A stretch of DNA of 17,200 bases from Myxococcota bacterium (GCA_039028615.1 JBCCHT010000082.1:1-17200), one strand, 5' to 3'; positions 1 to 8,025 are shown, numbered from the stretch's first letter. Numbers and translations: made by a program. The notes: generated by a model from the sequence alone, not told the origin.

Positions 1-2
1 AC

Positions 3-437
3 GCCTATCGAGCGCTGGCGCAGCAGCGCCCCGACGCCTTCACCCCCAACCTCGCTACCGCGCTCAACAACCTCGGCGCGATGCTGGACGCGCTAGGACG
101 GAGAGAGGAGGCGCTCACCGCCACCCAGGAGGCTGTCCACCTTCGCCGAGCGCTGGCGGAGCAGCGCCCCGACGCCTTCACCCCCAACCTCGCCAGGTCG
201 TTCGGAGTCCTGGGCTCAGTCTTCATGTCTGCCAACCGGCACGCTGAAGCCCTCGACACATTCGCTCGAGGCCTCCGATTGGTACTTCCTTTCTACGAGA
301 GATTTCCGACAGCATTTGCCGGTCTTTTACAGTTCCTCGCGAGAGGTATCCTCAAGGCAGCACAAGCAGGCAACCTCGCCATTGCCAAAGACCTTCGCCC
401 ACTAGTTGAATCGCTGAGCGATGCGACCACGGACTAA
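3..437 (+). CDS. TPR-repeat protein, C-terminal part (5' end outside the window)
   Basis: The frame is open from position 3: AYRALAQQRPDAFTPNLATALNNLGAMLDALGRREEALTATQEAVHLRRALAEQRPDAFTPNLARSFGVLG. This is a 46-aa TPR-like unit with the LA..LNNLG..L..LGR.EEAL pattern. It stops at TAA 435-437. The ATG at 81 is internal. Confidence 0.9.
   Translation, partial: AYRALAQQRPDAFTPNLATALNNLGAMLDALGRREEALTATQEAVHLRRALAEQRPDAFTPNLARSFGVLGSVFMSANRHAEALDTFARGLRLVLPFYERFPTAFAGLLQFLARGILKAAQAGNLAIAKDLRPLVESLSDATTD
9..193 (+). repeat. Intragenic direct repeat encoding consecutive TPR units
   Basis: 9-55 and 147-193 (CGAGCGCTGGCGsAGCAGCGCCCCGACGCCTTCACCCCCAACCTCGC) match at 46 of 47 nt, offset by 138 nt (46 codons). 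Confidence 0.9.
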
Positions 438-545
438 CTCCTGACCTAACTCTCCGAATTCCGCACCTGCGCACCGATTTGCGCTGCCCCACCTTTTCCG
501 ATCTACTACCACCAACGATGGACGAGGCGCTCGGGACGGCGCCTC

Positions 546-1724
546 ATGACCTTCCGACACTTCCGAACCGACGACCCGACCAACCCAGCGTCCGATAGCC
601 ACTCGCGCCTGCTCGAGCGGCTACTCATCCGCCACGCGGCCGAGGGTCTCGATGTCCTCGAGCTTCGTCGCCAGATGGGCAAGAACGGCTACGTGCCCAC
701 CGAGCATCGGTGGGAGAACGATGGCAATGGCGAAGACCTGACCGACGAGGACGGCAACGTCCTGCTGATCGCGGGTGTCCCTCCGGCCGACCTCGCTGCC
801 GAACTCATCGACACGGCACGGCAGCACGTTGACGAGACGAACGAGCGCAAGAACTACCGCTTGGTCGCGCTACGCACGACCGAGGGCATCGACGGAGGCG
901 AAGAGCAGGAGGAGGTGTTCCGTTTCCTGCTCCCGGCCACGATGTTCGGAGCGGTCGGCGACGGCACTCCGCCTTCGGAGTCACGCGAGCAGCACGATGC
1001 GTTGATGGCCGCCAACCATCAGCTCCAGCGCCAGAACGACATGCTGTTCCGAATGCTGATGGACGTCGTGCGCCAGTACCCAGTGGTGCTGGGCAAATCG
1101 ACCGAGCTGCTCGAACAACTCGGTGACCAGCTCGGCGGCGGACGCCAGCAGGACTTGCAGCAAGTCCTCTCCATTCTCGAGTTCGAGTCCGGCCGTGACC
1201 AGCGCTGGATGGCGCACGACCGCGCGAAACAGCGAGCGGGGCATCGCGCCGACCTGCTGGGCAAGTCGGTCGCGGTGGCGGGGCCCGACCTGATGGTGCT
1301 CCTGCGCAAGCTCGTCGAAGAGCTGATGGCCGCGAGCAAGAACACCGCCAATGTCGATCCCAGCGCAGACGCGTCGACCCGTGAGCAGAGCCACCACCCC
1401 AACACCGTCAACGCCTCGGAGACTACCGTGAACCGAACCGCTCGCTACGCCGACCGTCTCAACCAGTTGCTCTCTCGTGTGCCCGCCCCGGGTATCGCGA
1501 AGGCTCGGAAGCTGCTCGACGAATACGAATGGGCCCTGCTCGAGGCGGCGCGACGAGCCGAGAGCGACGACGAGTTCGCAGCCATCATCGCCAAGCTCAC
1601 CGAAGGCTGGACGGCGCAGGGCGAGGCCAAGACCGAGGCCCGGATGGCCGGGCTCATCGACGCCCTCGGTATGTCGTCCGCGATGGCCCTGGGCAAGCTC
1701 ATCGAGGAGGTCCAGGCCGGCTGA
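546..1724 (+). CDS. Hypothetical protein (392 aa), largely helical with a coiled-coil-like middle
   Basis: Long ORF with GC-rich third codon positions. Heptad-like segment QHDALMAANHQLQRQNDMLFRMLMD. No recognisable motif. First gene of a + strand operon. Confidence 0.8.
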   Translation: MTFRHFRTDDPTNPASDSHSRLLERLLIRHAAEGLDVLELRRQMGKNGYVPTEHRWENDGNGEDLTDEDGNVLLIAGVPPADLAAELIDTARQHVDETNERKNYRLVALRTTEGIDGGEEQEEVFRFLLPATMFGAVGDGTPPSESREQHDALMAANHQLQRQNDMLFRMLMDVVRQYPVVLGKSTELLEQLGDQLGGGRQQDLQQVLSILEFESGRDQRWMAHDRAKQRAGHRADLLGKSVAVAGPDLMVLLRKLVEELMAASKNTANVDPSADASTREQSHHPNTVNASETTVNRTARYADRLNQLLSRVPAPGIAKARKLLDEYEWALLEAARRAESDDEFAAIIAKLTEGWTAQGEAKTEARMAGLIDALGMSSAMALGKLIEEVQAG

Positions 1725-1776
1725 CGGCTGGCTCGGACTGCGTTCTTCAACACCACGAATCAGACGAGACACGACC

Positions 1777-2019
1777 ATGAGTACGAACACCAATAGCGAC
1801 GAACAGGACACCGTCGAGATCGACCCGCCCTATGTCTGCGAGACCTTCGGCGCCAGCGCGGCCGAGGAAACCCGCATGCAGAAGTGGCTGAATATCCAGG
1901 CCCGCAAGAGCTACCGCCTGGTCGACCGCGCTGTGCTGGCCAGCGGTGGCACGGACAAGCGAATCAGTTGCGTGATGGAGCGTCGGCCTGCTGCGACGCC
2001 GAGCGAGGGGGCAGCGTGA
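1777..2019 (+). CDS. Small protein (80 aa), DUF4177-like
   Basis: ATG at 1777 within the 1477..2019 ORF. The pattern PYVCETF...EETRMQKWLNIQARKSYRLV...ISCVMER resembles DUF4177 (Y-x-V...E..LN..G..GW.LV...F.R) by eye. Its stop overlaps the next ATG (TGATG, 2017-2021). Confidence 0.6.
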   Translation: MSTNTNSDEQDTVEIDPPYVCETFGASAAEETRMQKWLNIQARKSYRLVDRAVLASGGTDKRISCVMERRPAATPSEGAA

Positions 2020-2591
2020 TGGAAGCGTTGCATCAAGGGGCTTCGATCGCACTGTTGCTCGCGGGCGTCGCTGCGGCGCTGCTGGGCCTCTCCGCTCTTT
2101 GGTGGGTCGCAGGGCGCGTGCGGACCAGCGACGGAGAGCTGGCGCTCCAACGCGACCGCTACGAGCAGAGCAAGGTCCGTCGTCAGGAGCGAGTGAGGAC
2201 CGAGCAGCAGCGGATCGAGCTCGTACGAGGGCTACTGCCTGCCGCGACCGCCTTGGTGGGGCACTGGCTTGGCAATCGCAGCGCACAGGCCGGGACCGGG
2301 TTGCCACCGTCTCTGCGGTTCGGCCGCGACGATGGGCCAACATTCGACCCACCGTCTCCTCGCCGCCCGCGACCTGAGCCCGAGCTGCCCGATGAGGGCC
2401 CGCCGAGCCTCAGTCGCCCACCCGCGGACGAGGAGACCCAGATCGAGCTCGACCTACCGTCGATGCTCGCGGCGCTCGAGGAGGCCGGCTTCGGCGATTG
2501 GATCGCCTCCGTCATGCGTGCGGCCAAGGCCTCGTCGACGGTCACGCTCACCCAGCCCAAATCCGAGACCGCCGACGCCGTGGCTGCGTGA
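2019..2591 (+). CDS. Hypothetical membrane-anchored protein (190 aa)
   Basis: ATG 2019 is coupled to the previous stop. N-terminal TM IALLLAGVAAALLGLSALWWVAG, charged coiled segment, Pro-rich linker and a small C-terminal helical region. Confidence 0.7.
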   Translation: MEALHQGASIALLLAGVAAALLGLSALWWVAGRVRTSDGELALQRDRYEQSKVRRQERVRTEQQRIELVRGLLPAATALVGHWLGNRSAQAGTGLPPSLRFGRDDGPTFDPPSPRRPRPEPELPDEGPPSLSRPPADEETQIELDLPSMLAALEEAGFGDWIASVMRAAKASSTVTLTQPKSETADAVAA

Positions 2592-2595
2592 GGCC

Positions 2596-2967
2596 ATGAC
2601 CGAGACTCGACTCCAACGAGCGATGGCCAAGGCCCAGGTTGCCCTCGAGGTCGACGCCGATGCGCCACGGACCTCGCCCGCTCGCGGTCGGGGTCTCGGT
2701 CTTCACGATTTCCTTCTGACCAGGCGGGTCGCCCTCGAAGCCGACCTTCCCTCAACCCTCGTCCATCGTTCCACCCGGCGACGAGGGCTGCCCGACCTGG
2801 TCGACCCTTCTTCTCTCGCGTTGCTCGAGCGGCTCCAGGCCGTCGCGAAGCAGCTGGCGCACGGCGGCACCGCGGAGCTGGTGCAGCGCGTGCGCGACTC
2901 GGGACATCGGCGACGGGCCAGGCTGCTCGAGAGCGGGAACGGGTCAGAAGGCGTGCCCAAGGTATGA
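2596..2967 (+). CDS. Hypothetical basic protein (123 aa)
   Basis: ATG 2596 lies 4 nt after the previous stop (MTETRLQRAMAKAQ...). Its stop overlaps the next start (ATGA, 2964-2967), so it fills the operon gap exactly. Confidence 0.6.
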   Translation: MTETRLQRAMAKAQVALEVDADAPRTSPARGRGLGLHDFLLTRRVALEADLPSTLVHRSTRRRGLPDLVDPSSLALLERLQAVAKQLAHGGTAELVQRVRDSGHRRRARLLESGNGSEGVPKV

Positions 2968-4622
2968 GCAAGGAATCCCCTGCAGACGAGACTGTGTCGG
3001 CGGAGCCGACAGCGCGTCTGGAGTACGTCGACGTGGTGACGGGCGCCCCTGCGCCAGCGAGCGAACGGGGCACGCTGTCCACGGGCCGGGTGGTGGCGGA
3101 CATCGATGGTGAGACCGTCGAGATCGATGAGGAGGATCTGCTCGGTCCGGGCACTGACTCCGATCCCCGGAAGCGTCGCTATCGCTTCGATCATGACAGC
3201 CCCGAGAACTACACGGGCCAAGCGAAAGCCAAGAAGGCCGCACGGGCGAGCAAGAAGGCGCCCAGGAAACAAGCGAGCAAGGTCGGGCTGCGCCGCACCT
3301 TCGACTCCGCGACCAAGGCAGCGGCTCAGTTCTACGAGAACAACGCTGACTACTTTGACCACGTCCACGACCCCTGGGATGGTCTGCGGGACTGGATGGA
3401 TGGCATCGAAGTTCGGGTGGGGCGCTCGGCCAAGCACCGCAAGCTGTCCCAAACCTCCGCAGGCAAGCGCATCCTTCAGCAGAAGCATGCGGCGGCTGCG
3501 ATTCGAGGTGCCCTTGCTTATCTGTTTCGCAAGGCGAAGGGGCGAAAGTGGGAGGACATCCCGTGGGACCAGGTTGATCGGCTCGGTGAGGCGCTCGAGC
3601 GGTACTACGAGGCGCCCACGAGCGGGTCCGGGCAGCCCACGATCTACTGGCAGCCCTTTGCCGGGACGGTCCGTGCCGAAGACCTCGATGCGATGACGCC
3701 CGAGCAGCGCGAGGCCGTTCGAGTCCAGGAAGCGACTCGGGAGATCGGGGAGCAACTCGAGGATCTGCGGGAGGCCTACAGCCGGGCCAAGGGTTGCCTA
3801 CCTTCAGACGTTCGGCGAGTGATCACGCGGCGCATGGCCGAGTGGTCGAGGTGGGTGCAGGACCCGACCATGATCCCCAGCTATGCGTGTGAGCCCGATC
3901 CGAAGACTGCCGGCTACTTGTGCAACTACCCCTCGGTGGCGGGGGAACTCGCCGAGCTGAAGCGGTCATGCGAGGACGCCTACGACCCCGATTGGGCGGC
4001 GGCGCAGAGCAAGCAGGGGGCGGCTGGGTTTCCAGATACCAGGCATGGCGAAGACGAACTGCCACGAAAAGAGGTGGCCTCGGCCAAGGCCTGCTGCTCG
4101 AGCCGCACCAGCAAGCCGGCCACAGCCAAGGAGCCTCCGCGCAGCCGACGAAAACGCAGCGCCATCAAGCGCCCGAGGCAGAAGGCCGCGGAGCGTCGGG
4201 TTCGCCGACTCCAATGCTCGGCCGCTGCTGCGAAACACGAAGCCGAGACAATCGACACCCAGCCGTACCGGGACCGGGTCAAGGCCACGGCCGCAGCGAT
4301 CAAAGAGGCAAGACGCCGCATCAAAGAGCAAGAACGCCAACTTGCGGCCATCGTGCGTGAGGCCGCCACAGTTACCCGTGACAAAGGCACGACGCCCAAG
4401 GAGCGCCAAAGTGCACGCCAGAGCGTAACGAAGGCGCGCTGCGAACTCCGCATCGCTCAGAGCGCCCTACGACAACGTCGACGAGATCACCAACGCGCTC
4501 AGACCGAACTGAGCCGCGCCATCGCCCGGGTCAAACGCCGCGAGGCCGTGGCCGATAAACGTCAACGCGCAGTTGCCCGTGCGAGGGCCGAGGCCAGCGC
4601 TCTGAAACCCGGCAACTCGTGA
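2964..4622 (+). CDS. Hypothetical protein (552 aa) with a long Arg/Lys-rich coiled-coil C-terminus
   Basis: Acidic N-terminus, Lys/Ala patch AKAKKAARASKKAPRK, Trp/Tyr-rich central region with a Cys cluster (YACEPDPKTAGYLCNYP...RSC), and roughly 180 aa of very basic helical tail. Confidence 0.8.
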   Translation: MSKESPADETVSAEPTARLEYVDVVTGAPAPASERGTLSTGRVVADIDGETVEIDEEDLLGPGTDSDPRKRRYRFDHDSPENYTGQAKAKKAARASKKAPRKQASKVGLRRTFDSATKAAAQFYENNADYFDHVHDPWDGLRDWMDGIEVRVGRSAKHRKLSQTSAGKRILQQKHAAAAIRGALAYLFRKAKGRKWEDIPWDQVDRLGEALERYYEAPTSGSGQPTIYWQPFAGTVRAEDLDAMTPEQREAVRVQEATREIGEQLEDLREAYSRAKGCLPSDVRRVITRRMAEWSRWVQDPTMIPSYACEPDPKTAGYLCNYPSVAGELAELKRSCEDAYDPDWAAAQSKQGAAGFPDTRHGEDELPRKEVASAKACCSSRTSKPATAKEPPRSRRKRSAIKRPRQKAAERRVRRLQCSAAAAKHEAETIDTQPYRDRVKATAAAIKEARRRIKEQERQLAAIVREAATVTRDKGTTPKERQSARQSVTKARCELRIAQSALRQRRRDHQRAQTELSRAIARVKRREAVADKRQRAVARARAEASALKPGNS

Positions 4623-4632
4623 TCGGCAGCCG

Positions 4633-6162
4633 ATGCGACTGACGGAAGACGACGAGATGTGGGTCGGCGTCGACGACTACTGGTCGTCGCGCGTCATCTC
4701 GCCTGCGCTGCTCGACGCCGCCCGTGGTGATCGCTCCCTGTGGCCAGACATGGCCGCGAGGATCTCCAGCTTCGATGCCAACGCGTTGGTCGGTGCACGA
4801 GCCTGGGCCGCAGCGGAACGCACCTCGATGCTCTTCCAGGGCACGGGAGCACTCGGGCTGCCCGCGAACGCACTGGCCGACGTAGCGCAAGCGCTGGGGC
4901 CTCTGGTGATGGCCCCACCCGAGGACGTCGGCGCCCTCTTCGAGACGCTCGCACGAACCGGAGTCGGAGTGGTGGTCGACGCGCTGGGGGCCATCCCGAT
5001 CGTGGGCGTCATTGCCAAAGCGATCGGCGCGATGGGCCTGTTCGCGTGGGACATTTCCAAGCGAAGCCAGCAGGAGGCGCAGGAACGGCTGCCGCCCCCC
5101 CAGGTGTACAACCGAAACACCGAGGAGTACGTGATGAACACGCAGCTCCTGCCCGCGCTTTCGACCAACGACTGGACCGGCCTGTTCCTACCGCGCATCG
5201 CCAACGAACGACGAGTTCGCGAGATCGAGACTGGTTGGCTCCTCGACTCCCCAAGCGGGGGGCCCGGGCTGGGCTTCATCCCCGGCACCCAGCAGATCAG
5301 CAGCGCGACCCAAGCGTTGTGGCACAAAAAGTCGAGTCGCCCCGGAGGCTCACTCGCGTCTCACCAGGACATCGGTGACTTCTTCCCCGGGCCCGCTCAG
5401 CTGATGACGGCCATCGATCAGCAGGTGCAGCGCCCAGGCGCCGAAATGTGGGCCGTCGATCCATCGCGAGTGCGCAGGGCTTGGCGTGACTACGTCGATG
5501 CCACCAGGACTTTCGCGTACGAGCTGTACGTCGGCCATGGCCTCGCCGGCTCGGGGCTCCAGGCGCTCAACGAAGAACACCGTCGCCTCATCGTGCAGCA
5601 ACTCGTCGCCCCGCTGCACGTATCGCGAATCGGCGACGAGCTCCATCGCGGCATCTTGTCCGCCAACTCCTGGACGCCGAAGAACCCTCCCGACGATATC
5701 GCGGAAGCCTTCGTCGATCCGTGGTGCGACCGGATGCAGCAGCGACAGGACCACTACCTGGGGACCATCGCGGTAGCCTACGCCGATCCTCGCAGCGTGG
5801 CATTCGGGGCCAACGCGAGGCTCCGAGACAAGCTGATGAGGATGCGCAAGCTCCTGCTGGAGAGCCCTGCCCGCTACGACGTCGACCAACGAGACGTCAT
5901 CGACAGCGAGTACCGCAGAGCGCTGTTTGAATCGACTGCAGGTGGTCAGTTCAAGGCCCCTGATCAGGCTTCGCCCGGAAACGTGCCGGGCCTCGATGGC
6001 GACGACACGGAACCCGAGCCTCCACGACCGCCTCAGGGCGGTCCACCGCTCCAGGTGTACGTGGCGGAGTTGACCGATGGAGGCAGTGGCGGGCTCTTGC
6101 TCGGGCTGGGCCTGCTCGGGTTGCTATGGGCGGCGCAGCGGGGCCTCAAGCGCCATCGGTGA
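4633..6162 (+). CDS. Hypothetical protein (509 aa) with an internal hydrophobic hairpin and a C-terminal membrane anchor
   Basis: Segment TGVGVVVDALGAIPIVGVIAKAIGAMGLFAW, Pro-rich linker EPEPPRPPQGGPP, C-terminal GGSGGLLLGLGLLGLLWAAQRGLKRHR. No N-terminal signal peptide is evident. Confidence 0.8.
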   Translation: MRLTEDDEMWVGVDDYWSSRVISPALLDAARGDRSLWPDMAARISSFDANALVGARAWAAAERTSMLFQGTGALGLPANALADVAQALGPLVMAPPEDVGALFETLARTGVGVVVDALGAIPIVGVIAKAIGAMGLFAWDISKRSQQEAQERLPPPQVYNRNTEEYVMNTQLLPALSTNDWTGLFLPRIANERRVREIETGWLLDSPSGGPGLGFIPGTQQISSATQALWHKKSSRPGGSLASHQDIGDFFPGPAQLMTAIDQQVQRPGAEMWAVDPSRVRRAWRDYVDATRTFAYELYVGHGLAGSGLQALNEEHRRLIVQQLVAPLHVSRIGDELHRGILSANSWTPKNPPDDIAEAFVDPWCDRMQQRQDHYLGTIAVAYADPRSVAFGANARLRDKLMRMRKLLLESPARYDVDQRDVIDSEYRRALFESTAGGQFKAPDQASPGNVPGLDGDDTEPEPPRPPQGGPPLQVYVAELTDGGSGGLLLGLGLLGLLWAAQRGLKRHR

Positions 6163-6457
6163 GACAGAAGGTCAGCCGCTCCCACAAGAACCCCACGTCC
6201 TCGGGGTTCTTCATCACCTGGTCGAGATCGGTCGGCCACGGATCGACCTCGTTCGCGATGTCGATGCACTCCGACACACAGAGCTGGTGTAGGTCGTCCT
6301 GAGTGAGCGCCTGGTCGTCGCCGCGGGCGTACTGCTCGTCGCGGCAGCTCGAGTAGCAACGCAGCCAGTCTGCGCAGGTGGTCTCGGGTGGGGGCTCTTC
6401 GTCGCAAGCGCCGAGGCCGAGCAGTACGCCGAGAGCGAGTCCGATGAGGGGGCGCAT
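6146..6457 (-). CDS. Small Cys-containing lipoprotein (103 aa)
   Basis: ATG at 6457: MRPLIGLALGVLLGLGA-C is a signal peptide with lipobox LGAC. The mature part has six further Cys. The 3' end overlaps the convergent 4633..6162 gene by 17 nt. Confidence 0.75.
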   Translation of the reverse strand: MRPLIGLALGVLLGLGACDEEPPPETTCADWLRCYSSCRDEQYARGDDQALTQDDLHQLCVSECIDIANEVDPWPTDLDQVMKNPEDVGFLWERLTFCLTDGA

Positions 6458-6551
6458 CCGCTGGGAGCCTACCCGAGGTGACGAGCCGCCCGGAAGCTCA
6501 TCGGAGCTCGAGTTCGTCCGCCGAGCCTTTCCGGGACGATATCCGAGCCCT

Positions 6552-6791
6552 TTACTCATGACCGCCCACAGACAACTCGGGCGACTCCTCATCGTCGGCG
6601 ACGAAAACTGAGTGGCGTCCCGCCGGTTCCGGGGTAAACCTGATGTGTGCCCCCTTGGGCTCAAGTAGTAGGTCGACACCAAAGCCCAAAAAGACGGCAG
6701 TAACTGTCGCGACACCTACAAACGTTATAAAGACGGCCAGCAGTTGGTACCGCAGTGCGGTCCGTAACGATGTATGATTGAGATTCTCCAT
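6552..6791 (-). CDS. Small membrane protein (79 aa)
   Basis: ATG 6791 is preceded by GGAGGGGTT (RBS-like) and lies 16 nt after the stop of the wHTH gene. TM LLAVFITFVGVATVTAVFLGFGV and an acidic tail. Confidence 0.65.
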   Translation of the reverse strand: MENLNHTSLRTALRYQLLAVFITFVGVATVTAVFLGFGVDLLLEPKGAHIRFTPEPAGRHSVFVADDEESPELSVGGHE

Positions 6792-6807
6792 AACCCCTCC
6801 TTGTTTG

Positions 6808-7575
6808 CTATGCGATAAGCGAGATGATCTTTGCGCTACGCTTGCGGCCGGGCGCGAACGGTGCACGCAATGTGAAATGTCGCGCTTGCGTGTAGCCCTT
6901 GGGCGCCAATGGCATCTTTTGGTACGCAATCGCAACGTTGATGAGGCCGGCCTCCCCAAGGGCGGCCAACCCTCTCTGCACGGTATCAGGCGAGACGCCA
7001 TACCAGTCGGGCCCCCGCTCCACGGGTAGCTTAAAACCATCGGATAGACTGAGCGCGATGAGAAACGCGACCTTCGCTGGCATCTTCAACCGCTGAGCCC
7101 AACCTTCCTCCCAGTACTCGTACGGCAGCTTGAAATACGACTCACGCTTGTCCTTAGGATGCTTGTAGGGAGCCGCGGTGCCACCCTCGTCGAGCAAAGT
7201 AATCTGACACCGACCACGATGGCGTTTGCGTTGAATGAGGCGAGCGTCTTCGAGTCGCTTCAGAACCTTCGAAACGGCGGACGCCGAACTCTTGGCCCCG
7301 CGCCCATCAGGCAACCCCAGCGCCCGTGCCCAGGCACTCGCTGCCAGGGTTACATCGTACGGCTCCGCGCTCGCCGCGGCGTGCACGAGGAGGTATTGAT
7401 CAAGTCCTCGTTCGTCACCACGACGAACAAGACCTGCGAGCGGCCCGGGAATGCGCTTGGCGCTCTTGCCCTGTTGTAGGAACGACCGCCGGATCGGCAC
7501 GAAGCGCCGCTTGGAGCGCTTCAGGAGCGCGTCTATGGTCTCCTGCTGAGTCACCGCTGGTGGTCTGTTGTCCAT
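6808..7575 (-). CDS. Tandem winged-helix DNA-binding protein, putative replication-initiator-like or mobile-element regulator
   Basis: Two wHTH-like motifs: WARALGL...SAVSKVLKRLEDARLIQRKRHRGRCQITLL and PDWYGVSPDTVQRGLAALGEAGLINV. The protein is basic. Start uncertain (ATG 7575, or 7620/7623). The Rep function is inference. Confidence 0.7.
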   Translation of the reverse strand: MDNRPPAVTQQETIDALLKRSKRRFVPIRRSFLQQGKSAKRIPGPLAGLVRRGDERGLDQYLLVHAAASAEPYDVTLAASAWARALGLPDGRGAKSSASAVSKVLKRLEDARLIQRKRHRGRCQITLLDEGGTAAPYKHPKDKRESYFKLPYEYWEEGWAQRLKMPAKVAFLIALSLSDGFKLPVERGPDWYGVSPDTVQRGLAALGEAGLINVAIAYQKMPLAPKGYTQARHFTLRAPFAPGRKRSAKIISLIA

Positions 7576-7620
7576 GACGTTCAACTTGACCGGAGATAGA
7601 CGGATTGTCGAACTTTGCAT

Positions 7621-7719
7621 CACCGTGTAAGTCAGCTCTGAGTTACCGTTTCAGCGGCACCTTTACTAGTTCCGTTTAAGTTCCAAGTGCAAGATCCCTG
7701 TGCAAGAACCAAGTACTAG
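7621..7719. repeat. Imperfect 11-13 bp tandem repeat array (iteron- or operator-like)
   Basis: CACCGTGTAAG (7621), TTACCGTTTCAG (7643), CACCTTTACTAG (7658), TTCCGTTTAAG (7670), TTCCAAGTGCAAG (7681), ATCCCTGTGCAAG (7694), AACCAAGTACTAG (7707). The last five are contiguous and the last three have a 13-bp period. Confidence 0.6.
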
Positions 7720-7817
7720 ACCCAGTTCGCATCTCAACCAACAAGCGACGAAGACAGGCCTGCCCAGCGGGGGGTCGATTGGGGCTCGGCCGCAAGCGCT
7801 CACTTTGTACCTGAGGC

Positions 7818-7848
7818 AAAAAAAACTTCCGCCGTGCCCTGGAGGAAG
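7818..7848 (-). terminator. Putative intrinsic terminator
   Basis: The minus strand reads CTTCCtCC-AGGGCAC-GGcGGAAG-TTTTTTTT: a 7-bp stem with one mismatch followed directly by U8. Confidence 0.55.
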
Positions 7849-8025
7849 CCGCCCCCGAGTTCGCTTCCCTGGTCGCAGAACAACCCCCCGGGTTCGATTT
7901 CGACCTCTGGTGGGCCCCAAACCGCGGTGCTACGCCTGGGACCAGTGGTGGAGACAACGGATACGGTGGAGGTACATCGACCGGAGCAGGTGGGCGTAGA
8001 ACCGCTTTCGGTGGACTTCGAGGCC

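Noticed and set aside
9..193. Near-identical direct repeats as a CRISPR array or att sites
   Set aside because: They are in frame, 46 codons apart, and encode TPR units. There are only two copies and no cas genes.
468..482. TGCGCACCGATTTGC as a sigma54 promoter for the 546 operon
   Set aside because: The -24 position is GC rather than the near-invariant GG at the required N10 spacing.
981..3755. Long minus-strand ORFs 981..1811, 1747..2352, 2183..3154 and 2703..3755
   Set aside because: Antisense shadows of the coupled + strand operon, as expected in high-GC DNA. They are R/P/S/G-rich or mirror the codon bias and have no motifs.
6070..6162. MYXO-CTERM sorting signal on the 509-aa protein
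   Set aside because: It has a Gly-rich lead, TM and basic tail, but lacks the conserved Cys, and the protein has no N-terminal signal peptide.
6645..6664. GTGTGCCCCCTTGGGCTCAA as another bEBP enhancer site
   Set aside because: Half-site spacing is 2 bp longer than in the four promoter sites, it lies inside a CDS, and it has no partner site or sigma54 box at the expected distance.
438..7850. Formal call of a prophage or integrative element with defined ends
   Set aside because: No integrase, transposase, terminase, capsid, tRNA target or flanking direct repeat was found by eye. It is kept only as a hypothesis in the findings.
7911..7925. TGGGCCCCAAACCGC as a sigma54 promoter for the + strand HTH gene
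   Set aside because: GG-N10-GC is present, but the -12 element (CCGC) is poor and no convincing enhancer pair lies upstream.
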